Shown: positions 50,447 to 64,000 of the stretch, in pieces
Position numbering within the stretch: the stretch's first letter is position 1
Layout: every line of letters starts with the position of its first letter
Source of the DNA: Sphyrna mokarran
Lineage: Eukaryota
Length of the DNA: 64,000 nt
Assembly (NCBI GenBank): GCA_024679065.1
Contig: JAGIQG010000009.1
Coordinates: 62,434,001 to 62,498,000, forward strand
Reading direction: 5' to 3'
Program-made: the position numbers and the translations under genes
Notes under the pieces: model-generated
Database searches by the model: none
What the model saw: the letters and a program-made list of their open reading frames with translations, nothing else
Told to the model about the DNA's origin: nothing

Positions 50447-51534
50447 GCTATATTGATCGATTCCACACTGCTAAGAGTTTGGAATCACATGCAAGCCAGA
50501 CCAGGTAAGGATAGCCAATTTCCTCCCCTAAAGGACATTAGTGAACCAGATAGGTCTTTACAACAATTGAAGATGGTTTTCATGGTCACGATTACTGAGA
50601 CTGAGAGTATCTTATATATCAAATTATAATCAAATTATTATATATCAAATTTGTTCATTGATTTTAAATTCCACCTGCTGCCTTGGGATTTGAACCAATT
50701 TCCCTTGGCCATTAATCTGGGCCTCTGGATTACTAGTCTAGTGAATACATTCCTGAATATGATGTAGTCAAGTAAAATGAAGTATAATTTTAACACCATT
50801 TACCCACAAAAGATTAATTTCCCCAAGTTATGTAAAGATCGGACTTGCCTGTTTAGAAAGAAAATACATCTTCTGTGTTAGAAAAATACAAATTAATTTG
50901 TAGAACAGTCCATGACTGAAAAAAATCAGAAAAATATAGTAATCTCTCTTTCCAACATATCATTCAATAGTCAAGCAAAGCACAATTTAATCAGTTGAAA
51001 GTCACATCATGGAAAACAATTTTTGAAATATACTATTATATTATTGATTCTTATTATACTTACATATCAACTTATTTACACTTCCTTTAATAACTCTGGC
51101 TTGGTTACATTAATGGTGCAATTAATATGAACATTCATTTCCAATTGAAGTAAAAACATTTATACAACCTAAGTATCGCACAAAGTTTGTTAAGGTATCT
51201 AACTTGAGTCTGTGCTGTTTTATTCAAGTAATACATTTCCCTTGCCAGTTTGGAGACCTACATCTCCTCCCTTTAACACATTTTCTAGCTGGGTTAGAGG
51301 CCAGTTGCTATCCAGCAGCTCATTCTCCTGGCTATTAATCATGGAAGGGTCCTCACGGACTAGTGCTGACAAGCTGGTTGGCAATGAGACTCCACTGGAG
51401 TTAATCCTATACTTAAATGCCCGTATGTGGATACTTCCCAATATTGATCACTGGATAGCAGTCAGGAGGAAGAACCCTGTCTGATTTCCCTTGTTAACTG
51501 AGATATTGAAGCCAATATACAAACACACATCTAT

Positions 51535-51920
51535 CAGCTATGACTCAATGTTGGGTCAGAATGGTGTGGATTCAGGTCCCAGTTGAGAGATTCAAGTGCA
51601 AAAATCAATACTGATACACCAGTGCAGTACTGAGGGAATGCTACACTGTTAACATTGCCTATCAGACGAGATGTTAAAGTGCAGCCTCAGCTGCCCTCTC
51701 AAATGAACTGAAAAGATTCCCATAGAACTATTCGCAGAATGGGGGAGTCCTCCTATGCCCTGTCCAACAGTTATCTCTAAGTCAGATAAATTATCTGGTC
51801 ATTACCATCTTGGTGTTTGTAGGACTTTGCCGCATTGTTTACATTACCCAAGTGACAACACTTAGACATTGGGACATTATGAAGCTGTGAATGACACTAT
51901 GGAATAACAAGTCATTTTTG
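51535..51920 (+). mobile_element. DeuSINE/SacSINE1-like SINE
   Basis: 'ccagtgcagtactgagggaatgc...gagatgttaaa...ctgccctctc...aaaagattcccat..actatt' Deu-domain-like core. Confidence 0.7.
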
Positions 51921-52142
51921 CTCTGCTCCTCCCTCCACCCTGCCTTAAGTCAGTTAGCGGAACTCAGCATAGGTCTTGGAGCTTTCCTAATCCTCCTGTG
52001 TGCATGTATCAGCTGAATAAAACCTCCTTCTGGCAGGCATCAAATTCTGAGGTAAGTTTAACTTCTTTTTCCTCATACAAATGCAAGAAACTTGGAACTT
52101 TGTCACATGATGAATTGTATTGTAAATACACATTGCCTGTTC

Positions 52143-53388
52143 TTGATTTGATTTATTGTCACGTGTATTAACATACAGCGAGAAGTATTGTTTCTTGTGC
52201 ACTATACAAACAAAGTATACTATTCATGGAAAAGAAAACAGATTGCAGAATGCAGTGTTACAGTCATAGCTAGAGTGTCGAGAAAGATCAACTCAGTGCA
52301 AGGTAGGTCCATTCAAAAATCTGATGGCAGCAGGGAAGAAGCTGTTCTTGAGTCATTTAGTACGTAATCTTAGATTTTTGTGTCTTCTTGCCGATTGAAG
52401 AAGATGGAAGAGTGCATGTCCGGGGTGCATGAGGTCTTTGATTATGCTGACTGCTTTTCCAAGGCACGGGAAGTGTAGACAGTGTCAATGGATGGGATGT
52501 TAGTTTGAGCAATGGACTGGGCTTCATTCACGACCTTTGTAGTTTATTGCAGATTTTGACAGAAGTCATACCAAGTTGTGATACAATCAGAAAAATGCTT
52601 TCTACGGTGCATCTGTAAAGGTTGGTGAGAGTTGTAGCAAACATGGCAAATTTCCTTCGTCGTCTGAGAATTTAATGTTGGTGGGCTTTTTTAACAATAG
52701 CATTGCATGTTGCAGGGGGAGGGGGGGGTGGAAGCAGGGAACACGTTGTTGGTGATCTGGATACCTAAAAATCTGAAGCTCTTGGCCATTTCTACTTTGT
52801 CCCCATTGGTGTAGACAGAGGCATGTCCTCTGCTATGCTTCCTAAAGTCAATGACTATCTCCTTCATTTTGTTGACATCAGGGAGAGATTATTGTTGTTG
52901 CTCCAATTCACCAGATTCTCTATCTCTTTCCTGTACTCCATCTCATCATTATTTGAGATTTGACCTAATGTGGTGATGTCATCAGCAAAATCAAGTTGGA
53001 GGGGAATTTGGCCGCATGATCGTTGGTGTGCAAGGAGTAGAGTAAGGGACTGAGGACACAGCTTTGTGGGGCATTGGTGTTGAGGATGACTATGGAGAAG
53101 GCATTATTGCTTATCCTTACTGACTGCGATCTGTGGATTAGGAAGTGCGGAATCCAGTCGCAGAGGGAGGAGCCGAGCATGCAGGCCACAAAGTTTAAAG
53201 ATGAGTCTTGTAGGAATAATGGTGTTGAAGGCTGAGCTGTCCTCTATAAAAAGGAATCTGATAGAGGTATCTTTGTTATTTAGGTGTTCCAGTGTTGAGT
53301 GTAGGGCCAGGGAGATGATGTCTGCACTGGGCCTGTTGCAGCGGGAGGCAAACCGTAGTGAATCCAAACCATCTGGGAATATCAGCAT
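52143..53388 (-). mobile_element. 5'-truncated Rex1/Babar-type LINE, RT pseudogene
   Basis: ORFs 53104 and 52965: LRFA.R.NR..ADIISLALHSTLEHLNNKDT..RFLFI..SSAFNTIIP; APQSCVLSPLLYSLHTND; (AATCA)n-like tail. Confidence 0.9.
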
Positions 53389-55369
53389 GTGACAAAATTG
53401 TTCATTACATAACAGAATAAAACTTGATTGTTCATTGCATGGGTAACTATTTCTTCTGCTACATTTTCATCAACGTATTCTTCTGTTCAGTAAAATTATC
53501 AGTAAACATAGATTTTTAACCAAGTGAAAATTCAATATTTAGACATGTGACAATTTCTTCATTTATAGGCACATCCTATTCAAAAAATTCAATATCATTA
53601 ACACTGACTTTCTATAAAATTCAACACAGCATGAGGTAAGCAAGGTAATTCAGTCAATTAAACCCATTTCTTCCACATTATATTTCCAAACTATCATATG
53701 GTGGAGGCCACACCACCTTGTTGTGTTCATCTCCTTTGGTCTGTTGAGTCTAAATACTCCATGCAGTGAACTTTTCAGCACAATTTGTGATGAGCTCTAA
53801 CAGCAAGTCAGATTTGTTCTTTTAAGCTTGCTCCCAGAAATTATAAAGCTGACAGTTTCTGGGTTGTTTTGTGAGGAGCCTCCAAAGGTCCCATTTACTA
53901 CGTCTGGTTATTCTGCTCATAGCCTGGTACACATCCATCCCATTTGAAACTGGTAATTGCAATCCAAAGCTTACAGTGTCGGACCCTTGTCTGCACATTG
54001 CAAGGGGACCCCACCTATTTCAGGCCTGCCTTGAAACTGCATTTGGCTTTAAGGCCAAAATAGACCTCAGATCTTTCCCCAACCTGGTTTTTAATTGTCA
54101 GTTATCTGTTTTTCCACGTGACAATTGGGTAAAGTGCGATTGAAAAAACACCATTGCCACGTCATGGAATGAAATAAAAAATATTAATATTCCTGCTCAG
54201 TTGGCTTTTTACTTCCATGTTGTTTCACCCCATCTTGACATTTGACCTTAAGTGTGCACTCCTCAGAGAGTTCCATGTGCTCCCAGTGTCAGTGCCCGGA
54301 ATGCATACAATTCCTTCTGGTGGAGCTTTTAAGAGATTTTCACAACTAATTTAGCACCAGGCAATCTGAAGCATTCCATTTTTCGCATAAATGCATTTAA
54401 TCTTTGCTTTAATTGGTTGTTGGCCTAGCATTTTAACAGACGTTCCAGTTCTAAAATTAATATTTCCAATGACTTATTCTGCATGATAACAAATTTTCAT
54501 TCTAAACACAAACATACTCACAACGATAAAGGAAAATCTGTCATTTTTTCTAAGGAGGAAGCAGTTGAAATAAATACTGTCTTGTTCTGGCATTATATAA
54601 GGAATGTAAGAGAGGGGGAATCATTACTATGCAAATGTACGATGCTGAAAAGAAAGAGAGACTAAAAGGTCATCGGAACTGCAGTGCAATGACAGACAAG
54701 AAGAGCTGAGGCTGTTGGAAAAAATATGAAAACAGAATAAATGAAAACTCAGCAAAACTGGATTAAAGCGAAGGGAAAAGGGTAAAGCCACTTTTCATTT
54801 CTATCGATAGTAATTCTTGTTTGGTTTTTTATGTCAGAATTGTAAGTGCTATCATCCTTCTGAAACAGATTGACAAATGGGATTTTTCCCTTTGGAACAA
54901 AAAAAGCTTTTTTTCCTCCCAGTTGAAAAAGTAAGGATTGTTGAACAACAAATTTGCCTTCATTTCCTATGCCTACGTCTGTAGTAATATGCACTTTAAA
55001 AACAAATTTATATATAATTCTGATAATATTGATGATGTTAAGGCTGCAGTCATTGTTTAAAGCTAAAGCCATAATGTACAGTGCTAACTCATGTTCCTTT
55101 ATACCTCAGGATTATATTCAACTGCTCAATGCAGTGAATGCAAAGAAAAGGTTATCCGCAGAAAGCATCAACCTCATTGCCCAATTGCAAGGATACTGAA
55201 CAATTGATAAATCAATGGCCTGCAGGTTCAGAAAGGTGTAAAGATATGGGAATAGACAAGATGCTGTACAAATTCACTGTACCCTTGAGGGAGTTTAAAC
55301 TGCAAAGAAATAGAGATGCAGTCAGCAAGGATGATATTTATGAACCCATGGCAACAACAGCCACCAAGG

Positions 55370-55560
55370 GTAAAAATCAGAAAAATACTGCGGAGGCTGG
55401 AATCTGAAACAAGAACAGAGATGCTGGAAAAACTCAGCAGGTCTGTCAGCATCTGTACGGAGAGAAAGCAGAGTTAACGATTCAAGCCCATATGACTCTT
55501 CATCAGAACTAAAGAGAGAGGGAGGAATGTGTTAGATATTAAACTATAGCTGTAAGAGAT
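55370..55560 (-). mobile_element. Penelope-like terminal fragment with mutated hammerhead-like core
   Basis: Same family as 14563; minus CTGATGA-AGAGTC-ATAT-GGGCTT-GAAT. Confidence 0.6.
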
Positions 55561-57867
55561 TGCAACAAGACATAGCAACTTCAGAACAAAAGATAAATGG
55601 CCTGGTACTGGAAGGGACAGGAGAAGAGGGTTTTGCATTGAGGCAATAACAATTTGACACATTTTACAAATCAATGCCAATACTTTCTAAATCTATCTAA
55701 TAACCTCCACACTTGTCTATAAGAACTATGGAGATCTGGTGACTGAGCCAATGGGCATCACAAGTCAGTGTCTGGAACATGACATTTGACTCACTGATTC
55801 CCAACTCTTCCTGATGGCAGGTTAGATCCATTATTCCTGACAGCTGGCCAAATATTCTATTTGATGCATATCAGCGAGTCAGCATCTGGTGATAAGCACC
55901 AACTCTCAGCGGCTATCCTTTCCCCAGTTCTTTTCATGTTGAAAATGCAGCAAACAAATAACCTAGCTGAAATCATGGAGCTAGGCAGCCTGATAGGATG
56001 CCTCCTTGTGAAGACAAAATGTTTCACCTCAGAGGAAATCTAACTTTGACCCCCTTCTCCTACAGAAAATGCATTGCTTGTCAGCTGAACAACGCGGAAT
56101 GATGTTGATATTAGTGGTCACGTGGGAGTTCACAACCCCTTCACCTCAAGTCCCAGTTGATGGAGAATGTGTCATGGAATGCTACTTCTTGAGTAAAGGG
56201 AAAGAAGCAAGGCAGCTCTGCAAAAAAAAATCCATTCTTTTACAGCAATGCTTGTGCATAATACTTTCTGGAAGATATCAACACCATGGCACAACTGGAA
56301 AGCTGATTTCTCATCTTCCTCTTAACTTATCCATACAATATTGTTCGAGCGTTTTAAGGCTCACTATATTTTAAATTATGCTTACAGTTACAATAAAAGA
56401 CTCATTGGAGATGGCATTAATAATTTAGGATGCCAGTTACGCTGACTTAATTTTAATACTGAATAATAGGATGGTAAACTCAGTGAGAATACGAGAAAGA
56501 ATTGATTATTTAGTTAAGCAAAATGTCCATGAACTATGATCTTTAACTATGTCATGTTGCATGGCAAACAGGACAAATTGCCGTAAGAAAAATGATTGCC
56601 ACCAATTTTGCTTTGAGAAAATATAGATTTAAACACGCTATGTAGTTAATAGATTGCATTTAAATTGTTGATTGCTCTGCAAGAGAAATAGCCTAAGATT
56701 TGAGAGGTAGAATCAGATAACACGGTGCTCCAACCATTGTTCTCATCAGTTGCTGTGTTACAGCTGCAATGTGAGCTTACAGGTCAAGGCAGTGACCCAA
56801 AAAGTGCTGCTGCTTGTAGACTTGGGCGCTGCTTGCTGAACCAAATGATGCCTGAAGTGTACTGAGGGCTTCTTATACCCAACAGGCAGATGCAAACATT
56901 GACACAACTGATCAATCACAAGACACTACTGATCACTGAAGCCGCAGAGAACATTTCTGGCTCACTACATCAAGTAGTGAGCCAGTTATATCAGAACAGC
57001 TAAATTCTCACAAGGTTTGTTTAAAGGAAGGAGTACAATTGTCGACAATGCACATGCACATCGTCAGAGCACAGGACGCAAGGAAACAGCAGACGACATG
57101 TCAGCTTGCTAAACTGCTGCCATATTGGTGGTGTCAGTTCAATACAATCAGAAAAATGAGACAACTTGCCACAGTCCAAACATCAAAGCTTTTGCAAAAA
57201 GTTCGCACTTTTGAAACGTTGCAGAAAAATCTATTTGGTTTCAGCAGAGGCACAACTTTTCATTTTACTTTGAAACCAGCAATCAGAACAATGCTGACAA
57301 AACAGTTATATCATTCAAAGTTCTCTTCTCCGGCAGGGTTATTGCAAAGAAGCAAATTCCCAGGAATGGTTCGAAAATCTTAATCCGAGCTTGAAATTAG
57401 ACAGTGAACTAGAAGAATCACATGTGAGAAGCTCATGATTGTCCTGTGACATACCAAGATTAATTTACAGTCTGGAAACCATCTCTGAGTGCAAATCACA
57501 AGCGTGGTGCTATTTGTCTCACCAATATTTTAACCCAACAATGAAATTGTGCATCGACCATTCTTATTGTTACCATTTTCCATTAGAATTTGAAGTTTTA
57601 TTTCCAAAGAAGACTTTCAAATCACCACAAAAGCTGCAAATGTTAACAAATCTAAAATACAAGAAGTCTGGGGGAGTCAGCCAGTATCTGTATGGAGAAG
57701 TACAAGTCATGATATTTTAGGTGAATACTTTTCAGGATCAGGAATTTGATGCCTAATATTTTTAATGGATCATAGCAGTAATGTCATATTTTAGTGGATT
57801 ATAGCAGTAATCTGATAACCTTGCAAATGTTATTCGAAAGAGGACTCAATATAATCACATATTCATT

Positions 57868-58180
57868 GAACCCTACAGAGCAGAAAGAGGCTCTTCAGCC
57901 CATAGAGTCCGCAGTGAACACAATCCCACCCAAGCCCTACCCCATGCCCCGCTAATCCCTCTAACCTACGCACCCCAGACATTAAGGGGCAATTTCTTAG
58001 CATGGCCAATCAACCTAACCCGCATATCTTTGGACAGTGGGAGGAAACCAGAGTACCCGGAGGAAACCCACGGAGACACAAGGAGAATGTGCAAACCCAC
58101 ACAGACAGTGAGCTGAGCCAAGCATCAAACTCAGGACCCTGGAGTTGTAAAACAGCAGTGGTAACCACTGTGCTACCGTG
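57868..58180 (-). mobile_element. HE1/V-SINE-like SINE, full length
   Basis: Tail, 'gggaggaaaccagagtacccggaggaaaccca' domain and head. Confidence 0.85.
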
Positions 58181-61100
58181 CAGTGAAATGGAAATATACG
58201 TGGAATGGAAAATATTTCAGGGTATTGTGGAAAAAAAACAATAAATATGTCAAATCTGATAGCATGCTCAAAGAGCCAAGCCAGACAAAATAGGCTAAAT
58301 GACCTCCTGTTTCGTTAAGAATTTGGTTTGTGATTCTTCCATTCTTTAAAAATAGCACAGATTTGGGGGAAAAAGCATGAATTTATTCAAGGTTGTGTAT
58401 CTCAGTTTCCCAGATAAACAAGGAATCACAGTACGCTTATAACATCTGATGTGAGTGGAGATTTATTTTTCACCAAATGAGGTTAACTGCAGGAGTTAAA
58501 AAACTTGAACTAAACCATTTAACTTTGGAGTTAAGATCCTGAAAGTACATAGTTTGCCGCTTGCTCCAAGCGCACGTGTTGCCACCTTCTGAATAAAGCA
58601 TGGCAAAGTGATCAGAATATTACAGATACATTCCTCTTATTGTGTTTAAAGTTTATTTATTAGTGATCAGTAGGCTGACATCAACATTGCAATGAAGTTA
58701 CTGCGCCCCAGTCGCCACATTTGTTTGTGTTCTGAGAGATTGGAAATTCATACTGACAACAAATTATAAAAGCTCAGGGAGTGTAAGGACTGTGAAGGGG
58801 GTGGGGTGGGGGGGGTGATGCAGAGATGAAAGGAAAAGGACATTCATCAATGCTAAGGAAGCAGATGAGATCCCAAAGCTGTGTGAAATGTGCAATATTA
58901 TTGGTCCATTCTGCGCTACCTTGGGAAGAGTGGCAGTAAACAGCAAATATTCTCCAAAAGTCAAAAGTCGGAATGTTGAAAGTCACTTCAGCCAATGGGA
59001 CAATCTCATTAGCACAGAGCATGTGTTTAACACACAATGCAAAAAGCATCCCTTGGCACCATTTTAAAACACATAATGCCTTAATGTGTTACCCAGCTGC
59101 TCCAGCTGAATCTTCATCTTGTAAACATGGTGGGAAAAAATGTGCTCAAAATTTGAAAGCAAATAAATAAAAGGAGATAGAAATCAGAAAAACACCCATC
59201 TGCACTATGTTGCCGAGCGCAACTGTTTATTAAACAAAGAATAAGGTGCCTGGTTCTAATTAGCTGGAGGGTGCGAAAGCATTCCTCTTGTTCTCAGCAA
59301 ATACTGCACCCAAACGTCCCTTGCCTCAATACAAACCTACAGCTGGATTCCTTTACATTTGAAAGGCACCTTCCTCTGAGCTTCAAGACATGCCAGATAA
59401 TGTATTTCATTTCAAGCTCTTTCTGCAGCTGTTTAAATGGTGGGGGGACGGGGTGGGGGACAGGGGTCATCGTGTCATCACTGACCACCAGTCTATCCTA
59501 AACCGCACATTAAAGCATTTACACAAGATGTGATACATCTGTTTCCACATGAAAACTGGAACCCCCTTCCCAAGACCCCCTCTCTCTTCCATTCAGATAT
59601 TCCCATTAACCTATTTTTTGATCAAGCTTTCAGTCACTTGTCCTCAAATCTCCTTTTGTTGCTTGGTGCATAACATGTGGCTAACTCTAATGTCCTCTGA
59701 ACAAGTGATTAGCTAAAAAAATACTGCCTTGCCAGAGCTGCCAAGCACCCCTCCACTCTGGATCCAAGGAACAAAACCAGTAGGAATCAAAGCAGGAGCT
59801 AATTAATTGAGTAAACTTCCTGTTTTTTTTAAATACAAATAACTAAGCATAATGCATGTTGTTTTGCACAGCATATGCACAGAGAAATCTAAAGTGTAAT
59901 GTTTATGCACAGTCTGCTGCCAATTTACTGGAATGACCCTCTTTTCATCCTGTGTTGTGTGGATTGAAACTAATTGTTTAGTTAAAAGGTTTTTTTTGAA
60001 GTATTAACTATCTGCTGTACTCTGGGAATTTGTATGTCAAAAGAAAAATTGGCATCTAGTAAAATAGACCAAAAGACAAAGTATAGGAATGGATGCATTG
60101 ATCATGCCCTTTATACATGTCTAAAATGCCCTTTATTCATGTCAAAAACGACTGGCATTATTTGCGCCTTTAATCCAAAGCCCTTCACAGGTTACCAAAG
60201 AAAATTGAATGAAAATCATCCATGGGCTTGACTGGTCATTTTCTCATGCTAGCCCACAAATGACAAGATTTAATGAATTCATGTGTCACAATTTGCCACA
60301 CGAAGATCTGAACTTATGATACCTACAGTGCTGAGTGCAATACCATAATCATCCATACTATCCATTTCAGAACTGAGGTGCAGCCTGCCTCACATCCGAC
60401 TTTTAGTAGAAAGTTTTCATATATAACAAAAGAAAGCTTCAGTAACTAGAGCAGAGATCTTTCAAACACTAGTGAAGTTGTTCATAAAAATTGCAAAGGA
60501 TACGTGTCCACCAGGAACTGCGGGAAATCACGGTCTCCCAAACTAAAAAGAACCAATTTGATTATATTTCCTTAAGTGGATTTTACTTGCATGTGACCTT
60601 CAGCAGGTTCAATATGACAACATTGTCATTCTTTCTTTGGTTTGCGCTTTATCCCTATCCAAGCTGCAGCCTTTGCTTTATCCTGGTCTGTTATGAATAT
60701 TGCCTTAGTCACATACCTGACGAAGAAGCAAAGTCCAGTATCTGCAGAGAAAATGGTGGCGTGTGAATAATTGACAACATTATTGTGAAAATCGGCCACG
60801 GATACCAGGGATTTAAGATACGAATTTGCAAAATTTAGCAGCCAATGACAACAACTTGCCATTCACCTCCTGTTATTTTTAAAGAACTTTCAGGATTTGC
60901 ATATTCGTTGTTCAATAAGCTCGCCACAGGAAGTTCATGGTAAATACGAAGAAAGTGCCCTTTAGCAATGTGATCATTGTCAATCGCTATCAATCAACTC
61001 CTGGGCCCAGAAAAGAAATAATTTAAACTTTATTCTCATATTCCTTCAAGTGGTGAAATGTTGTTAGAGAATTGGAAATACCAAGTTTTTTTCCCTTACT

Positions 61101-61446
61101 TTAAACGTCTGTCTCTTTCGTCCCCTCTCTTAATCCAATCTTCTTTTTTCTCTTTCTTTATTTCTTTTTCTAATAATTACCTCTGGTTCATCTTCCTCTC
61201 AGACCTTCCTCGGTTTATTTTGCAACAGGACAGAATCTAACATTGTATACTTTGGTAAGATACATTCTTATGGCTGGTAAAGACCATGAAGATGACTGAC
61301 CTTAGGTCTGATTGTTACTGTTGATGACTCACCAGAACCAAAGAAGCCATGTCAGTGTCAGAATTGTCACACTTCGTGATTTCTGTGGAACTACTAAAGG
61401 ATGATCTGGGACTGCCCATTCCAACCTAAAAGAGAAAGCCCTTTGT

Positions 61447-61762
61447 AGAATAGAATCATAGGAGTCTACAGTTCAGAAAGAAGCCATTTGGCCCATCGAG
61501 TCTGCACTGACCACAATCCCACCCAAGCCCTATCCCCATAACCCCATGCATTTACCCTAGATAGTTCTTCTAACACTAAGTTGCAGTTTAGCTTGGCCAA
61601 TCCATCTAACTCACACATCTTTGGACTGTGGGAGGAAGCCAGAGCACCTGGAGGAAACACAAGCAGATAAGAGGAAAATGTGCAAACTCTACACAGACAG
61701 TGACCTGAGTCCAGGAATCGAACCCAGGTCCCTGATGTTGTGAGCTAGCAGGGCTAACCACC
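61447..61762 (-). mobile_element. HE1/V-SINE-like SINE, full length
   Basis: Tail, central domain and head with B-box 'aggaatcgaaccc'. Confidence 0.85.
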
Positions 61763-61807
61763 CTATGATAATGAATATGATAATCTAGCCTTGCTAGTGA
61801 ACACTTG

Positions 61808-61955
61808 GATTTGATTTATTGTTGTCACATGTTTTAACATATAGTGAAAAACATGCAGACAAAACAAACCATTTATAGAGAAGGGAACAAGAGAATGTAG
61901 CACAGAGTGTTACAGTCATAGCTAGGGTGTAAAAAAAATCTACTTAATGCAAGGT
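61808..61955 (-). mobile_element. Rex1-type LINE 3' tail fragment
   Basis: Matches 52143-52310 ('gtgttacagtcatagctag'). Confidence 0.8.
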
Positions 61956-63369
61956 AAGAAAGCTTACTAAGACAACAACCACGCAAACATTTCATAACAG
62001 TCTTAATGACCAAGCTGAATTTCTGACACTGGATAAATATCCTTTGTTCAAGACCTTGTGGGGAGGGAAGGTCACACGACCTCAGACTCTGGCTTGTTGA
62101 ACATGTTAATATTGTCTTCCTGAGCTACAAGCAGTCTGCTAAATTGGCAGGCCCCACAGGAGCAGCTCTGGGCAGGCTGAACAACTGGCTCCATCTACTT
62201 TAGCTCTGCTGAAAGTTCCATATTATCATCCATAAACTCATTTATCTCAGCATGCCTATTTCATCTTGTGATGTCAACATCCCTGGAAAAACAAATTTTA
62301 CACTGCCTGATTTTAGTCCACTGACCTCTGTAAAACAATTTTTCATGTGACAGAGTTCCTGGGCTTAGGAACTCACGTAAACCAGTATTTACTTTCTTTG
62401 TGGTTTAATATTATAAACATTTTTTTCTTTAATCCTCTTTTTATTGTGGATGGATGGTTTGTTCTCCAGTTGGTTCTTCAATGTATTGACCCAGAAAACT
62501 CTCTCTTTTATACTCCAGGAATTCTCCAGATTGGCTGAGTCTATATGCAGATTACAGTCACTCTCAATTACAGATATTCCTTTCTTGCACACATCTCCAA
62601 TTTCTTGTTTAATGTCAATCCTAACATCAACTTTAAAAGCGGTGAGCAGAGCCCAGATGCAGAAATCCCACCTCCATTTCCGATGGATCTAATTTTGCTA
62701 GCAGAGGAAAATATATGGGAACCCAAACTCAGCAGCATCTTTCAAACATAATACTGAGTTCAAACAGGTCCCACTTCATCTGGTCTAAGAATTTTAACTG
62801 GAAGCATAGGAGTTATGAATTGTTGGAATGGACATAAATATTCTCGAATGCTGGATAAGGTCTATTTAGATGTCATATTCTGATGATTTTGTTAAAAGCT
62901 CCTACTCTTCAAACATGAAAAGAGCAGGCTGAATCTGTCAGTGTTAAAAGAAAAATCATTAGCTAGACCATTTTGATTAACAGGCCATCTGGAATACATT
63001 AAGAAAGCATTACCAGAGGTCCATACAGTTTTAATCATCTTTGTTAAACAATCCCAATAGATGTTATTATGTTATTGTAAATGTTTGGCTGAGCCTCAAA
63101 TGCTCCAATTATTCCAGCAAGTAGTTTGCAGTTTGATTAACAGTTTAAAGAGGGTATCAGAGAATTAGTCACCTTTAATATGGGAATTCAATAGAAATTA
63201 GTTTTTTGTAATCATAGATTAACCACTTCAGAAGATTTAAAAGTTTTGACTGAGTTTCATAAACGGGAACAGTTTTCATTATCAATTGTGTATGAGTGAG
63301 AGCTGTATCAGATTGTTAGAAATGTATTTTTGTTTTCATGTCCTTGTGATTTCTAAGGTCTACCCATAC

Positions 63370-63755
63370 TGTGTGATTGACTATGGAGCTAGCGAGGTAA
63401 TATGAGGGATGCATGGAGAGAGCACGGGTGATATGGTTTGGCACAGGGAATATGGGAGGTTATTGGGGATTAGTAGGAGTGAGGCGTCCTCAGTTAAAGT
63501 GCCTAATTGGTTCTTTAAGAATTGGGACAAAGACTCAGAATCAAGGAGAGCCTTCTAACTAACCTGCTTTGGTGCTCACTCACTCCTTTGGCAGTCTAGA
63601 ATCTGCTTCCAGGGTCAACAGGCTCGACTCTATCCTATTCCAGTCTCCCAGAGTGAAAATTGGTTTTAATCAAGTCCTTTTAAAGTGAGACAGGTCTGCC
63701 AAGTCAGGAAATTTTCCAACTCAAGTTTTCTATCTTGGTAGTAAAAGTCTGACCC
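63370..63755. mobile_element. Non-autonomous DNA-transposon-like repeat fragment
   Basis: G-rich part then terminal 'aagtctgaccc' like the repeat ending at 24150. Confidence 0.35.
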
Positions 63756-64000
63756 AGGGTGCCTCAGCACCATCTGCGACACATTCGCCGGACTACAGAT
63801 ATTGGACTAATCAGACCCACAGAAAGCCTGGAATAAGGAGGCAAAACATCTCTCTGCTCAATAATTTATGTATTAAATATCATTTAGTGCAGGTAAGTGA
63901 AGCACATTTTAAAAGGTTACATTTACATTTTTATTCAGCATTTAATACCGCAAATGCATTTTTGAAATGTTAAGAAGGATCATTTGTTTTCCAAAGGGTT

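Noticed and set aside
55109-55407. Possible plus-strand exon or ORF
   Set aside because: Peptides unrecognisable, donor weak, and it runs into a Penelope-like fragment.
1-64000. Conserved microRNA hairpins, rRNA or an intact transposase/RT ORF
   Set aside because: None recognised by eye; a miRBase/Rfam scan would be needed to exclude them formally.

Overview
This is eukaryotic, AT-rich, mostly non-coding DNA. The repeat content (HE1/V-SINE-like and DeuSINE-like SINEs, CR1/L2/Rex1 LINE pieces, Penelope-like termini, Harbinger-type MITEs, LTR remnants) points to a cartilaginous fish, most likely a shark; this is recognised from memory of repeat consensus motifs, not from a search. No intact protein-coding gene is supportable. 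Nearly all listed ORFs are short chance frames, antisense shadows or decayed retroelement sequence. The window looks like a long intron or gene desert, with a few repeat-free blocks that may be conserved regulatory elements and a few candidate minus-strand splice units. Most notable: (1) a ~300 bp poly(A)-tailed retroposon with a U2 snRNA-derived head and internal U2-like repeats (24411-24711, SINEU-like), inserted in an LTR; (2) a 440 bp local templated insertion whose donor ends exactly at a Rex1 LINE junction; (3) an ERV-like 3' end with possible env remnant facing an inverted copy of its LTR; (4) hammerhead-ribozyme cores in Penelope-like termini; (5) a decayed R2/NeSL/HERO-like RT nested in an old Gypsy-like shell. 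Repeat boundaries are approximate (read by eye).
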